DNA of 64,000 nt from Camelus ferus. Lineage: Eukaryota. The translations under genes and the position numbers were made by a program. Location of the stretch: positions 17,920,001 through 17,984,000 of the forward strand of contig NC_045696.1 of assembly GCF_009834535.1 (NCBI RefSeq), given 5' to 3'. Shown here in pieces: positions 13,352-26,513 of the stretch. How positions within the stretch are numbered: the first letter of the stretch is position 1; every line of letters begins with the position of its first letter. Below the pieces are notes generated by a model. That model was given only the letters and a program-made list of their open reading frames with translations, did no database searches and had not been told where the DNA came from.

Positions 13352-15704
13352 ATGAAGTACAGTTGATTTACATATTACATTAGTTTCAGGTATACAGCAT
13401 AGTATTTAAATATCTGTACAGGTTATATGCCATTTAAAGTTATTACAAAATAATGGTTATATTTCCTTGTGCTACATGATATACTGTTACTTATCAATTT
13501 TATACATAATAATTTGCATCTCCTAATCCCATACATTTATCTTGCTCCTCTCAGTTCCTTTTCCCCACTGGTAACTACAAGGTTGTTTTGTATGAATCTG
13601 TTACTGTTTTGTCATATACATTCATTTGCTTTATTTATTAGACTCCACATGTAAGTGATAACATACAGTATTTGTCTGTTTGACTTTTCACTAATCATAC
13701 TATCTAGGTCTGTCCATATTGCTGCAAAAGACATAAATTTATGCTTTATTTAGGGCTGGGCAATATTCCATTGTGTATATATACATATACAGCATCTTCT
13801 TTATCCACTTACCCGCAGATGGACACTTGAGTTGCTTCCATATCTTGGCTATTATAAATAGTGTCACTGGGAACAGTGGGGTGCATGTATCTTTTCAAAT
13901 TAGTATTTCCATTTTTTTCAGATATAAATAGGAGTGGAATTGCTGGATCATATGGTAGGTCAAGTTTTAGTTTTGTGAAGGTCTTCAATACTGTTTTCCA
14001 TAGTGGCTGCACCAATTTACATTCCCAACAACAGTGTACAAGGGTACCACTTCTTCCACATCCTTGCCAACATTTGTTACTTGTGATCTTTTGATGATAG
14101 CCATTCTGACAGGTGTGAGGCGATACCTCATTGTGGCTTTGACTTGCATTTCTCTGATAATTAGCAATGCTGAGCATGTTTTCATGTTTATCTGTATGTC
14201 TTTTTTGGGAAAATAAAGTGTATTCAGGTCTTCTTCCCATTTTTTAAAATTGGATTGTTTGTTTTCCTGATATTGAGTTGTATGAGATGTTTATATTTTT
14301 GGATATAAACTCCTTATAAGTCAAATTATTTGCAGATACCTTCTCCCATTCAGTAGGCTGTCTTTTCCTTCTGTGGATAGTTTCCTGGGATGCACAACAG
14401 CTTTTAAATTTTATTAGGTCCTATTTGTTTATTTTTGCTTTTATATCTTTTGCCTTAGGGGACAGAACCAAAACAAATATTGCTACGATTTATGTCAAAG
14501 AGTGTTTTGCTATGTTCTCTTCTAGCAGCTTTATGGTTTCAAGTCTTACACTTAGATCTTCAATCCATTTTGAGTTTATTTTTGTAATATAGTGTGAGGG
14601 AATGTTCTAATCTCATTGTTACACATGCAGTCGTCCAATTTTCCCAGCACAACTTTTTGAAGAGACCGTCTTTTCTCCATTGTATATTCTTGCCTCATTT
14701 GTCATAGATTAATTGACTGTAGGTGAGGAGGTATATTTCTGGGCTTTCTGTTCTGTTCCATTAATTTCTGTGTCTGTTTTAGTGCCAGCACCATGCCAAT
14801 TTGATTACTTTAGCTTTTTGGTATAGTCTGAGGTCAGGGAGCATTATACTTCTAGTATTGTTCTGTTTTCTCTGATTGCCTTTGGTGATTTGGAGAATTT
14901 TGTGGTTCTCTATAAATTTTAGGATTTTTTTTTTTCTAGTTCTGTGAAAAATGTCATAGGTATTTTGATAGGGATTTCATTCTACCTTTAGATTGCTTTG
15001 AGTAGTATGGAAATTTAAACAATAGTAATTATTCCAATCTAAGAACATGGGATATATTTCCATTTCTTTGTATCCTTTTCAATTTCCTTCATCCGTGTTT
15101 TCATAGTTTTCAGAGTATAGGTCTTTTGCCTCCTTGGTTAAGTTTATTCCTAAGTATTGTATTCTTTTTGATGCAATTTTAAATGTTATTTTTTGCTTTC
15201 TGATAGTTCACTGTTAATGTATAGAAAAACAAGAGATTTCTGTATTTTAATCTAGAATCCTACAGCTTTGCTGAGTTCATTTATTAGTTCTATTAGGGTT
15301 TTTTTTTCCTTTGGTAAACTTTGGGGTTTTCTATATGTAGTATTATGTCATTGGCAAATAGTGATGGTTTTACTTCTTCCTGTCCAATTTGGAAGTCTCT
15401 TCTTTTCTTTTTTATTTTAGGTCTTCCAACTATGCTAAACAGAATTGGTGAGGGTGGGCATCCTTGTCTTGTGCCTGATTTTGGAAGAAAGGCTTTCAGC
15501 TTTTCACTGTTGAGTATAATGTTGTCTGTGGGTTTATCATAAATGGCCTTATTATGTTGAGATATGCTCCCTCTATACCAACCTTGATGTGAGTTTTTAT
15601 CATGAATGGGTGTTTAATTTCATCAAATGCTTCTCTTATTGAGATGATCATGCAAATTTTATCATTCCTTTGGATATGTGGTGTATCACATTGACTGATC
15701 TGTA
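13352..15704 (-). mobile_element. 5'-truncated LINE-1 (about 2.35 kb), moderately decayed
   Basis: Minus-strand ORF2 pieces ([49 protein letters not shown]) and an L1 3'UTR. Candidate TSD TTTGCAA(A/T)GTTT(T/A)TTA at 13336-13351 / 15708-15723 (14/16). Confidence 0.93.
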
Positions 15705-16136
15705 ATTTTTGCAATGTTTATTAGAGGATATTTTGTTTTTATCCATTTATTTGCCATGATGTGGAGAAAATTCCTCATGCCTGAGGAAAACTATGGTCTT
15801 TTCTGTTTTACTTCCCCAAGAAGTATTCGATGCATGGTAGGCAGCCTCTAAGAAGGCACCAGTGATCCCACCTGCTGGTAGCACAGAGGTATTTCCTCCC
15901 GGTAAGTGTGGGCTTACATGTAAGATTTTCTATTAGGCAAAATTCCCTTAGACATTACAAGCACATGAGATACAAAGCATGCACTCTATCAGAAATGAAT
16001 ACAAAGTATTATATTATATTATATAGTATGAGTTTGATCTCTTTGTTTAATTCTAAATTTTCCCAGTATGGAAAGGTACTTGAGCCTCTCTCGATGATAA
16101 CCAAAGTCATTTTGGACCAAAGTACATAAATGCTTG

Positions 16137-16300
16137 GGAAAGAAAGAGAGAAAGAGAGGAAGAGAGGAAGGAAGGAAAGAAAGGAAGGAAGGAAGGAAGG
16201 AAGGAAGAGAGGAAGAGAGGAAGAGAGGGAAGGAAGGAGGGAGGGAGGGAGGAAAGAAAGAAAGGAAGGAAGGAAAGGAAGAAAGGAAGGAAGGAAGAGA
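16137..16300. repeat. (GGAA)n / purine-rich microsatellite
   Basis: About 160 bp of only G and A, mostly GGAA units. Confidence 0.97.
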
Positions 16301-17649
16301 GTTTTAAGCTTGAATTTGCAGGGTCCAAGGTCCAGAGTTGATGTTATTCTCCTTCAGATAAAACAGTAATAATTCTAGGTCACCTTGATCCTTAAGACTG
16401 AAGTGGAATGATAGAGTCAAAAAATGTGCATACATTTATTTTAGTGGTTTATGCCAATCTGTACTTCCACCAGTGATGTAAACATTCCTATAACTCCATT
16501 CTTTCAAGAACATTTGTTATTAACTGTATTTTTTAAGTGCTTGCCAGTGTGGTGGGAGTTAGTATATCATTGTGGGTTTAGCTTGAATTTATCTTATGTA
16601 TAATGATGTTGAGTACCTTTAATAAATATTTATAGGTCATTTATTTTCTCCTCTTTTACGGTGCCCATTCAATAAGTTGACTCATTATTAAGATAGGTTT
16701 ATAGCCTTTTCTTGTTCATGTGTGATCATATTTTATATAGTCTGTATAAAGCGATTTTATCGGTTTTAGTTTCAGTTTTATCAGCTGAAAATATTTCTCT
16801 AATTCTGTGGGTTGCCTTTTTACTCTTTTAATGTAGCTCTTTGAAGATATTTGTTTCTAATTTTAATGAATTCCATATTATCTTTCTTTTTTTATTTAGG
16901 ACATTTTACCTTACTTTAAAAATCCTATTAACAGGTGATATAATCTCATGGTTTCTTCAAGCAAGTTCATCTCCTTTTCTTTTATTTATTTTTCTTTTTC
17001 ATATTCAGGTCTACAATTCATTTGGTATTAATCATTGTCCTGTGGTGTGAAGAAAGGATTCTGGTTTATTTATGTATGTTTCAGTGTAGATATCTAATTG
17101 GCCGAGTATTATTTATTGAAAATAAATCCATCACCAGTTCAACTGCAGAAGGTTCTCCCCTAGGTTATCAATCAAGTGATTGCTTATGATAAGGTATACT
17201 GCTCCTTATCTAGCAGCAGACTTTCAGACTGAGCAACTTATTTTTATAGCAAATGCAGGATGGATGTGAGTTCAGCAACTGTGCTTGCAGCTTTCAAATT
17301 CTGCTACTTCACTATGACAGCAGATACACTGGTTCTCCTGGAGATGTGGTGTGGCTGCATGCTTCCATTTTTCCTGGAATTGCTTGGGACCTCCAACTGA
17401 CTTCAAATATCTTGATAAATTAATTTATATTTAAAATGACTAGAGTGAATATCTGTAATTAAAAACTCTTTCCAATTCATAAACTTACACTACTCTTTGA
17501 TAATTTCAGTTTTCATCCCCTGGTTTAAGCATAAAGAATTATAAATTTCTCTTCCACTCAATTGCCTAATTTAATTTTTGGAATTTTTAAAATAATCTTC
17601 CTAAAGACTGTCATTCCCATTTATATTCAAATGAGGTCCAGTTGGATTT

Positions 17650-18085
17650 CTTTCAACTGAAATATAGTTGATTTACAATATTATATTAGTTTCAGGTGTA
17701 CAACATAGTGTTTTGATATATCTATCTATCTATCTCCCATCTTCTTTATCCAGTCATCTGTCCATTCTGTCTGTCCTCGGGCCCTTAGGTGGCTTTTTTT
17801 ATCTTGGCTATTATAAATAATGTTGCTATAAACACTAGGGTGCATATATTTTTTGCAATAGTGTTTTTGTTTCCTTTGAATGAATACCCAGGAGTGAAAC
17901 TGCTGGATCATGTGGTAGTTCTATTTTTATTTTTTGAGGAACCTTCCTGCTATTTTCCATATCAGCTGCACCAATTTACATTCCTACCAACAGTGCACAG
18001 GAGTTTCCTTTTCTCCACATCCTCACCAACCCTTGTTATTTCTTGTCTTTTTGATGATAGCCATTCTAACAGGTGTGAGTTGATA
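17650..18085 (-). mobile_element. LINE-1 3' fragment with internal deletion
   Basis: Same 3' end and ORF2-terminal sequence as the 13.4-kb L1 (GAAATATAGTTGATTTACAATATT...; CTGCACCAATTTACATTCC...GCCATTCTAACAGGTGTGAG). Confidence 0.85.
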
Positions 18086-18759
18086 AAATCTAACTTTCCT
18101 CTTCTTTTCTTCCCAGACATTTGACTGAATTTTGCAACACTGCTGAAATGTATTATGACATTAACTTAAATTTCATTCCAAACATGTTTTCACCTCATGA
18201 ACATTAGATTTTTAAAAATTTTGTCTGACATTTAAATTGACTTTCAGAATAGCTTCTCAAAGTTTCTTAATGATACCTTTCATTATTATAAATACATAAG
18301 TAATGGGACTAAGAAATAACTTTCTGTGCTCACCTTTATCTCTGAAGTATTTCATTATTACTTGACATGTTTGGAAGCTATAATTGCACTCAATACACCA
18401 TCATGCCCTTTTCCTGCTGAATATTTTAAATGTATGAAAAGTAAACATTTACAATATTAAATATGGTAAAAGCTTTCAAAATTCAGTTTTTCATTAAGAT
18501 AGTCTTTAAATAAAGAATTTTAGCATCTACTACATATTCTTTATTAATTAGGTGTTCCACATAAAAGAAAACATATTTCCTGCTCCCAAATAAATTGCCT
18601 CTTATTTCTGCTATCAAAGGAAGTCATGAAAATAAATATAATTTCACTATAACAAATGAATCTATGAAACATGATACATGTATAATAAAAACATGCTCAA
18701 CATCAGAATCCAGATTAGAGACTCTTGTCCTATTTTGTGACTAAGAGGTTGACTATACA

Positions 18760-18935
18760 ACAATGGGACTAAAACTGTGGTCCCTGGAACCACAGCGATG
18801 GCATCACCTGCAAATTCTCAGGCCCAACCCCAGATATACTCAGTCAGACTTTCTGGGAATTTGGGTTAAATCATCTGCATGTGAACAAACTCAAAGTAAT
18901 TCTAACGTATACTCAAGTTTGAGAACCAGTGCATA
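18760..18935. mobile_element. MER5A-like MITE
   Basis: TGTGGTCCCTGGA...GGCATCACCTGCAAATTCTCAGGCCC...AAGTTTGAGAACCAGTG. Confidence 0.78.
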
Positions 18936-20236
18936 GAATGTTATCTTGATAGAGATAGTGTCTGTGCTAAGATATTAAAGAGAGACTGGAATCCATCCAT
19001 AAATCACAATGGGTTAAGGAATCATGAAGTATACAGGATTTCAGGACAGTACAAGGGGCTTAGTTACAAGAAATGAAGTTGATCATTTGGTCACAGGCTG
19101 TGCCATGAAGGGACTTGATGTTGAAGGAAGAAGCTTTGATGTTGTGGTACAAGTCCACTTTTGAATGGGAACCACACTGAAAAACAGTTTTTGTATGTTT
19201 AAATGCAGAGATGAATGGGTAAGCGTGTATTCATGAAACTATTCTTATCATTTATTTTTCTCTTCTGTTATATTTTATTATTTTCTATTTCCTTAAAAAT
19301 TGTCAGTTCAGACATATGAAATTGATTTTATAATCCTCTTATGAACTAAAACCAGCAACTTAGAATATGCTAATATGTATGATTGAGAAAAAAGGAAGTG
19401 TTTAAAGCAAGGTGAGGGTATGATACCTGTCTTTTAGAAAGACCAACATAGCAACAATTTGGATTAGATACAGAAATAGAAAAGAACCATGTAATTGTAC
19501 AATTAAAAAATGAATTAGAATAGTAAGAGATGATGAAGGATGAAACTAAATGAGCACCAGTAAGAGTGCATAAAATAGAGAAATATTAAAGAACAGGGAA
19601 ATGATAAAGTGTGGCAGCAAATTGAATACAGGGGATGAGAGAGAAGAGGAAAGCAAGCGCGGCTCACTTTGACTTAGGACACTGAGTGTAAGGTAAGGAT
19701 GCTACCCCCTCAAACAAACAAACAAACAAAAAATGAGCTAGTTATTTGTGAGATGGCAGGAGGAATGGAAAAAAATTATTTCTGGACTGAAAAATCATGT
19801 TTTCCTAGAACCACTTAGAACATTCTGGTTAAAAATATGCACATGATGACATCAAATTCACCTAAACAAAGAGAACTTTGAAAGTTGGTCAAACTATATA
19901 CATACATTGTTTTAGTTAGTTGTTTTCTCATAACATGAATATGAATACAGATGCATTTTTATTCCATGTCACATTCCAAAAGTATCTGAGGCAGTGGCAA
20001 CTGAATATGAGGCAGTTATAGCTCTCAGAGTAACAGTGTGGGAGTGGTGAAGGTTAGTCCAGTTACTTTTATAGCCATTAAAGCTGCACTTTTAAAAGGG
20101 TTTTTGAAGCCATGTTATTTGATTTCAGACATGAGGCAATATGCTGTGGGGGTGTTTTTGGAGAAAGGAGCTAATGAAAGAGTATTGCAAAGATGGTTAA
20201 GCCTTCTAGTTTCAGTGAAAACTTTTTAGATTCCCT

Positions 20237-20263
20237 AAAAAAAAAAAAAAAAAAAAAAAAAAA
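20237..20263. repeat. Poly-A homopolymer (about 27 nt)
   Basis: Uninterrupted A run. Confidence 0.95.
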
Positions 20264-21504
20264 CTCCTCTATATACCATTTCAGGTGTTACTTGATAACT
20301 CAGTTGTAGCAAACATTCTTTATGACAAAAAATACCCCCTTTTACATGAGTAACAATGAACTCTTCATCTTAAGCTGTTTTACAAATGTTTTCCTAAAAT
20401 GCAACATCTGCATAGTAAGCTTTAAACAGATACATGCTTTAAAAAGGAGAAACAAAAGATAGTAAAAGAGAAAGCATAATCAACTACTGATATTTTCTTA
20501 TTAAATACAATTTTTCTAACCAATTTTCCACTATTGGTACATTAATAATGAACTAAAAGTTACACTTCTATTTTTAGTCTACATTTATTCTAATGATTCT
20601 ATCTTAAGATATATTTGATAACAAAGTCAATTAGAATAGGCAGTAGTCCATTTTAATTCAATTTAATTAGCAATATTTTGAACAATAAGTACTTCATAAG
20701 CATTCTAGGATCACATACAAACAGTTTGAGATAGTGTTCTATTAACTGTCTCTACTTGAAATTGAAACAAAGACAATAACAAGAATAAATCTGTACTTAT
20801 TGCTATGGAAAGACAAATCCACTCATGGACTGAGTGCAAGATTAAAACTTTACCTTATCGATAAGTTTCTTCTCTATTTCCCTCTCCCTCAACCTCCCTC
20901 TTGCCCTGTTCCTCCTACCCTACTTTTTCAAAGGGCAAATTATCTAATAAGAAGCTAAACTGTATTTCAGAGTCTCAATTGTTAAATTTAATATCAAGAT
21001 GTGTGAGAATCTCTCACTTAGAATGTAGTATTAGGAGCCGGGGAAACTAAATGCTAGGATTCAATTAATAATCATTTCTATTAACACATTTCTCAAGTTT
21101 CATGAACCTCAGTTCAGTCACTTCAAAACAGCTGTCCTTCAGGTTCATTGTGTTGCTTTCATTAAGGAGAATCTGTGGATCTATTTTGAAATTATATTGA
21201 AATATGCTGAAGTTAGTAAGTAATTACCTGATATTAATATCATTTAGATAATTTCTCCATTTTATAATTCCACATTTTTTATATTTTGATGTAAGACAGA
21301 CATACTTTTAGGATTTTAGTAGGTTATTGATGATTATCTTAAAATCGTATTTTATGCTTCTTCAGATAGTATGTGAATATTACTTTTAAATTACTTTCTC
21401 TTTAGTCATGTTCTATTTAACTTTTTTTACATATTATTAGTAGTAGTAGAGCTAGCTCTTCATGTCATGGAATCCAGTTACAATTATGAACTATATAGCG
21501 ATTG

Positions 21505-21982
21505 TGTGGCAGGAAAAATAGCCCCCAAATGTGGCCATGCGTGAAGCCATAAAGCCTGTGCATGTCACCTAATATGGAAAAAAATAGTCAGTTGCATGTA
21601 AGATTAAGGGTCTTAAAATGGGAGAGATTACTCAGGTTGGTTCAGTGCGTCACAATGGTACTTGTAAGAGCAATGCACACAGAGTCAGAGACAAGGGGAA
21701 AGAGGATGGGATGACTGAAGCAGAGACTGGAGCGATGCTCTCTGAGGATGGAGGAAGGGACCACCAACTAAAGAGCACAAGCAACCACTAGAAGCTGAAA
21801 AAGCTTGAAGACACATTCTCCCCTTCAAGCCTCCACACAGACAGTCCTGCTGACACCTTGATTTTAGCCCAGTGATTCTGGACTTCAGACCTCCAGAACT
21901 GTAGGGGAATGGTACCTAATATTGTTGTTAAGTCACTAAATTTGTGAGATGGTGTTACAGCAGCAAAAAGGAAATCAGTACA
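21505..21982 (+). mobile_element. MLT1 (MaLR) solo LTR, MLT1C/D-like
   Basis: TGTGGCAGG...CTGCTGACACCTTGATTTTAGCCCAGTG...GACTTCAGACCTCCAGAACTGT...GTTACAGCAGCAAAAAGGAAATCAGTACA. Confidence 0.85.
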
Positions 21983-22322
21983 CATAAGCACACTCTACTT
22001 GTGTCATTGATAAGCAGTAACTCTTGGAAGAAATATTTCTCAAACGAAAGATTGAATCTTGATTTTTAAGTCACTTTGTATTTACTTCTCAATTTACATG
22101 TCTTATATATTAAGGTTTATTTATTCCAATAACCAAGAAGTTCCACATTCACAAATGAACTGTCTTAAGACTGAACACTTTTCATGTTCATTTTTGCACA
22201 GAGATATGCTTCTAAGTTAGGAATGCAGCTCAGACTGACATGCGGCTGGAGTCTGTTAGTAAGATGGTGGACCTGGAAAACTATCCCAAGGTGATGATTT
22301 GCCATATATATATACACAGGTT

Positions 22323-22520
22323 TGTGTGTGTGTGTGTGTGTGTGATGAGATCTTTCAAGATTTATTTTCTTAGCAACTTTGCAGCACACAATGCAATATT
22401 GTTAACTGAAGTCACCATGCTGTACATGACATTCCCGGAGCTTAGTTGCCCCATAGCTGGAAGTCTGCATCCTTTGACGACCTTCACCCGTTTTTCCCAT
22501 TCTCCCACCCCCATCCCCCG
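22323..22520 (-). mobile_element. Short L1 3'-end fragment (L1MA9-like) with (TG)n tail
   Basis: AAGATTTATTTTCTTAGCAACTTT...GTCACCATGCTGTACAT...GAAGTCTGCATCCTTTGAC. Confidence 0.7.
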
Positions 22521-23034
22521 CTGAAAGTGATTTAGAAGCTCAGTGGTTAGAGCTCAGGCATCACTTCCTCCATCACTTTCAGAGCGAAGGTTAACAATAA
22601 CCGTGCATTGTTTTAGTGATGGTGGGAAGAAGAAAGGGAGAAGAAAACTGGATCAAAGGACAAGATTTTAAAGTAGACGAGAAGTAAAAATCTAAAATCT
22701 TCTCACTAAGCCACATCATTATTTTCCTGTTGCCTGTGAGAATTATAGATAAGTTCTAAGTTGTCAATCAACAGAGATTATTTTAACAGTTTTTTAAAAA
22801 TGTGTATGTCTCTTCCTTTCTCATGTGGACCATTAAACTCCTTATTTTTATGTTTCTGCCTTGGCTTTCAGAAAACCTAGAGATATTTTGACAATCATAT
22901 GAGTTAATTACATTTAACTTTTATGCGTATACAACAATAGTAAAGCCATTTGTTTTCTTAGGCTGTGATCATTTCCTGGATTGGGATGTAAGTGTATGAG
23001 GTAGGTAGATAAGTGGGGGCCCTGAGCAGATAGG

Positions 23035-23567
23035 TGGAGGAGAGGGAGGATGGTCCAGAAGACGGTGCCATGTCTGCCTCCAGCATGAAGGGACTTTACT
23101 TCTTCTAAATGAGTGCCAGCAAAAACAAACAAACAAAAAACTGGTTAAAACCCTATAGCCACGACTGCGTGGTAGCAGAAAGGACTTAACCAGACATAAC
23201 AAATATTCATTGTATTATAATTAAAATTGAAGTTTAGGCTTCCCCCGGACTCTATGGGTTTTTCTGTGTACACACTGGGTAAGGACATGCGCAAAGGGCC
23301 CAGACATGACTAAGCATTCCAGGGAAGAGAGCCATCAATCAATCAATCAAAAGACCACCTCTCAGCGAGGGTGTAAGAGAAAGGGGAGGTAAAAAACGCT
23401 GCCTCTCCTGCCTTGGATCAGCCCGCCTCCCATTCTCAGGGGTGTACTTTTCCTTTCTTTTAAAATAATTCTTTCAAATTATTTTGCTGCACAGTGCACC
23501 ATCTCCCGACTACAAACTTGTCTTCTGGGTATGACAAGAACAAGAGTCTTTACCTTTTAGGGTAACA
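23035..23567 (+). mobile_element. Probable older ERV1-type solo LTR (5' boundary uncertain)
   Basis: LTR-like 3' half (CATGCGCA, GGGTGTACTTTTC, GACAAGAAC) ending GGTAACA; no clean TSD found. Confidence 0.5.
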
Positions 23568-24329
23568 GGTGGATTAAAATAATGGATATTAAAATTTCAC
23601 TTAAATATCTAAAGTAAATTTTGGGTTATTTTCATTAGAAAGATGATACAAGGGGTTCAATAGTTTCTGCTGGATATTTTTAATACCTTCTAATAAACTG
23701 ACCCCTTTCTATTCTCCATCTGTGGTCTTCTGATCACCTGTAGCTTCATCAATAATCATATTATCTTTTTTTAGCTTTTCAGACAGAAATGTTTCTGCTG
23801 ATCAGTATAAATTCACTCCTCTCAATAAGATACAAGTAACTTTAGAAACAAGGAAGAAATAAAAATGTGAAACATTCAAATGGATGCCTTCTATAAAGGT
23901 AAGAGGCTATCCTGTCCATCTTCAGCAAATCTTGAATAATTACTTTGCTGACCCCTTTAGGCTGGCTGAAGGTCTTCCTGGCCTGAGACCTTTTCTTAAA
24001 TTTCCAGCTTCAGGATTGTGGGTTCAGATTAGTAGTTTGGATTAGATATTTCTAAGATTAACATGATTTCATTTTTAAAGATACTAGAGTTTTTCTCTCT
24101 TGCATTCTTCTTTTCACAACTAGATGTTACTTTTAGCTCTGTGATTAAAAATCACAGATGGCAGGGAGGTCTTTTCTTGTGAGTTGATACTCATTTCTCA
24201 TTAAATCACAATTCTAGTTAATGCCTCTTTTCTATAGCTCTAATCATATGCCTTTCTTCTCTTTAAGATGAAGGAAAAAAGGTGTTACTATGTAGCTACT
24301 ATACTGCTGCTCCTTTATTCTGTGACCCT

Positions 24330-24808
24330 TGTGAATGAAAAATACTGCAAACCACATCAGTAAACAAAGAATGCAGGAACCCATCAAGTCATCAGCGGCT
24401 GCCGCCACCCCCCAGTGAAGGCAAGCCTGCAGCCCGGAATCTGCAGCCACTCACAATGGTGCACCCTGAGGGCACTCAGAATAAGAAAGGACAGGATACT
24501 GGCCCTAGACAGCTAGGTGCTTGTCAAAGGAATGAATTCAGTGAGCCCAAATGTTTGCTTCCTCCCATACACGGAAAAGCACTAAATTCTTTAACTTGAG
24601 ATGCCTGGTTTTCTTTAGATAAAAGGTAATCTTTTAATGTTCCAACTACCTGGTCTCTGTTGTAAAAACACCTATATATCCTGGCTCCTCCCCTACCTCT
24701 TGGGAGCAATCCCTCAGAGCCATCTGCAAAGCTGTCATCCGGCTGGAGTCCTCCCGCCAATAAAATATAACTCTCAACTTTTAGGCTGTGCACTTGTTTT
24801 AGTCGATA
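24330..24808 (+). mobile_element. ERV1-type solo LTR (479 bp)
   Basis: Starts TGTGAATGAAAAATACTGC and ends AGTCGATA (CA>TA). TSD CCCT at 24326-24329 / 24809-24812; TATATA near 24673; AATAAA near 24759. Confidence 0.85.
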
Positions 24809-24920
24809 CCCTCTACTGCTAAAAACTTTCTTTATAGGATATGGTGGTTAAGATACTAGCTGTAACTTCAGTTTGTGCCTGATACTCCTCTTTTCTTGAC
24901 TCTGACGTTTACAGTACTTC

Positions 24921-25373
24921 TGTGAAGGAAAAACCAGGCTGGACTAACAAGATAACTCACAGGTATAGGAACGTGAAGGAGAGGCTGGGCTGCGCTAACA
25001 AGTCTAAGTATTGGAATACTGATCTGAGTTCTGCTGGACTAACTTGTAAATCTAGGTTAATTAGCGTTGGTTTGCTGTTCATGTTTTTTTGCTAGCCAGC
25101 TGGATTTTCAAAGATACATATCTGGCTTTGGAATGTTGGCTTGCTGCCTCCCCGCCTCCACCTTTGTGATGATAATGCTGCTAAAGCTGTTCCATGCCTA
25201 TTGGCCGAATACCCCAAGCTTGTACTTTACCCTATAAAACCTCATGTGCACATCTTGAAGGTGCTCAGAGCTTCGGAGCAGAAGCCCCTCTGAGCCCGCC
25301 GGCGTAATACATCTGAGTACTCCAACCCTCCGAGTGGTGCTTGTTTCTTGGCTGGCCTGTCGTTTCTGTAACA
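24921..25373 (+). repeat. 5' LTR (453 bp)
   Basis: Starts TGTGAAGG and ends GTAACA. Reverse CCAAT (ATTGG) at 25200-25204, TATAAAA at 25233-25239, AATACA at 25306-25311. By-eye alignment to the 3' LTR gives 11 substitutions and 1 indel. Confidence 0.97.
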
Positions 25374-25377
25374 TTTC

Positions 25378-25395
25378 TGGAGGCCCCAGTGAGAT
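25378..25395 (+). promoter_or_regulatory. Primer-binding site complementary to the tRNA-Thr 3' end
   Basis: TGGAGGCCCCAGTGAGAT lies 4 nt after the 5' LTR. It matches the reverse complement of mammalian tRNA-Thr ...ATCTCGCTGGGGCCTCCA at 17/18 positions; the mismatch is a CpG transition. Confidence 0.85.
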
Positions 25396-26513
25396 ACAAC
25401 CACGCCGGCCCCTTGAGCCGCTGGACTGGTGGCTCCAGCCGACCGGGGGACAGGATTCTGGCAGCAAATGAGGTGGCGCCGCCCGATGATATTTCGGGTT
25501 CTCTTTCGTGACAGGCAACTCGGCCCCCGGGTGGCTGGGCTACAACCAGATCCAGACTCCATGGAGGGACGGACAGACTCACCAGGTGGCCGTCCGGACA
25601 AGGTAGGAACCCCTGGGAGGTATCAGGTCCTGTCCCATTGGACAGAAGAGGAGGCGGATCCCCTCCTACAGGAAACAGGATATTGGTATTGGTGGGAAGA
25701 ATGTTGTTAACCTCTGTGTGTGTGTGTGAGTGAATGAGCGGCCTGTGAAGCATGCGATCAGGCTCGAGTTTGTAGCTCCACAGCATTCTGCTACGGAGTT
25801 CGAGTGAGTCCCAACCTGCAGTTCCGTGGTGACCTCATACGGCTCAGGGCGGTATCGGTCCCTCAGGGTCCCGATCGGAGTCAGCGGCTTATACAGACCC
25901 GCCAAAGCTAAGAGGCACCTTCATCCCCACGAGGGGAGCGGCCAGGCGGACACAACGAAAACCCTCCCTTGTCTTGTCTGCGACACTGGCACAGGGTGGC
26001 TACACTGGGAGGGAAAAGGACATAGATAGCCAATGAGTCAACGCCCCTGTGCCCTCGGAGGCTAGGATGCTATTTCTTTGAAAAGTATCCTACCTGATTC
26101 TGTCACAGAACACCCGAGACTTAGTTTCCCCTACAGAACAGACCCACGTAGTGCCCCTTTTGCCTACCCCCAGGCCCCCAGGACTCGAGTTTAGAAGACG
26201 AATTCCTTCAGGACCGGGCTTACCTGGCCTTGGAGGTCCCTTTTCTAGTCCATTTGTTTTACCATCTGCCATCAGTCCCACGCCCCTGATACATTAGTTC
26301 AGGATATAGAGAGGATTTAATGAAGAAAGTCCCTGGAACTGCTTGGGGCCTTGAGCTCCAGAGACATCAGCTGTGACTGGAACCCAGACTCCTTGACCAA
26401 ATTAGCCTTCAGACAACTCATAGACCCAGCAAGAGAGCAGTCTCTCTGGGAACTCCGGTGTTTTGAGGAGTGAAGAAAAGATATAAAGGCTACCTTCCCA
26501 AACATCTAAAAAA

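Noticed and set aside
16107..16369. ORFs 16130-16369(+) and 16107-16328(-)
   Set aside because: Translations of the (GGAA)n microsatellite; low complexity.
25198..26029. Several overlapping ORFs (up to 173 aa) over the LTR and leader
   Set aside because: GC-rich non-coding leader with few stops; no recognisable domain.
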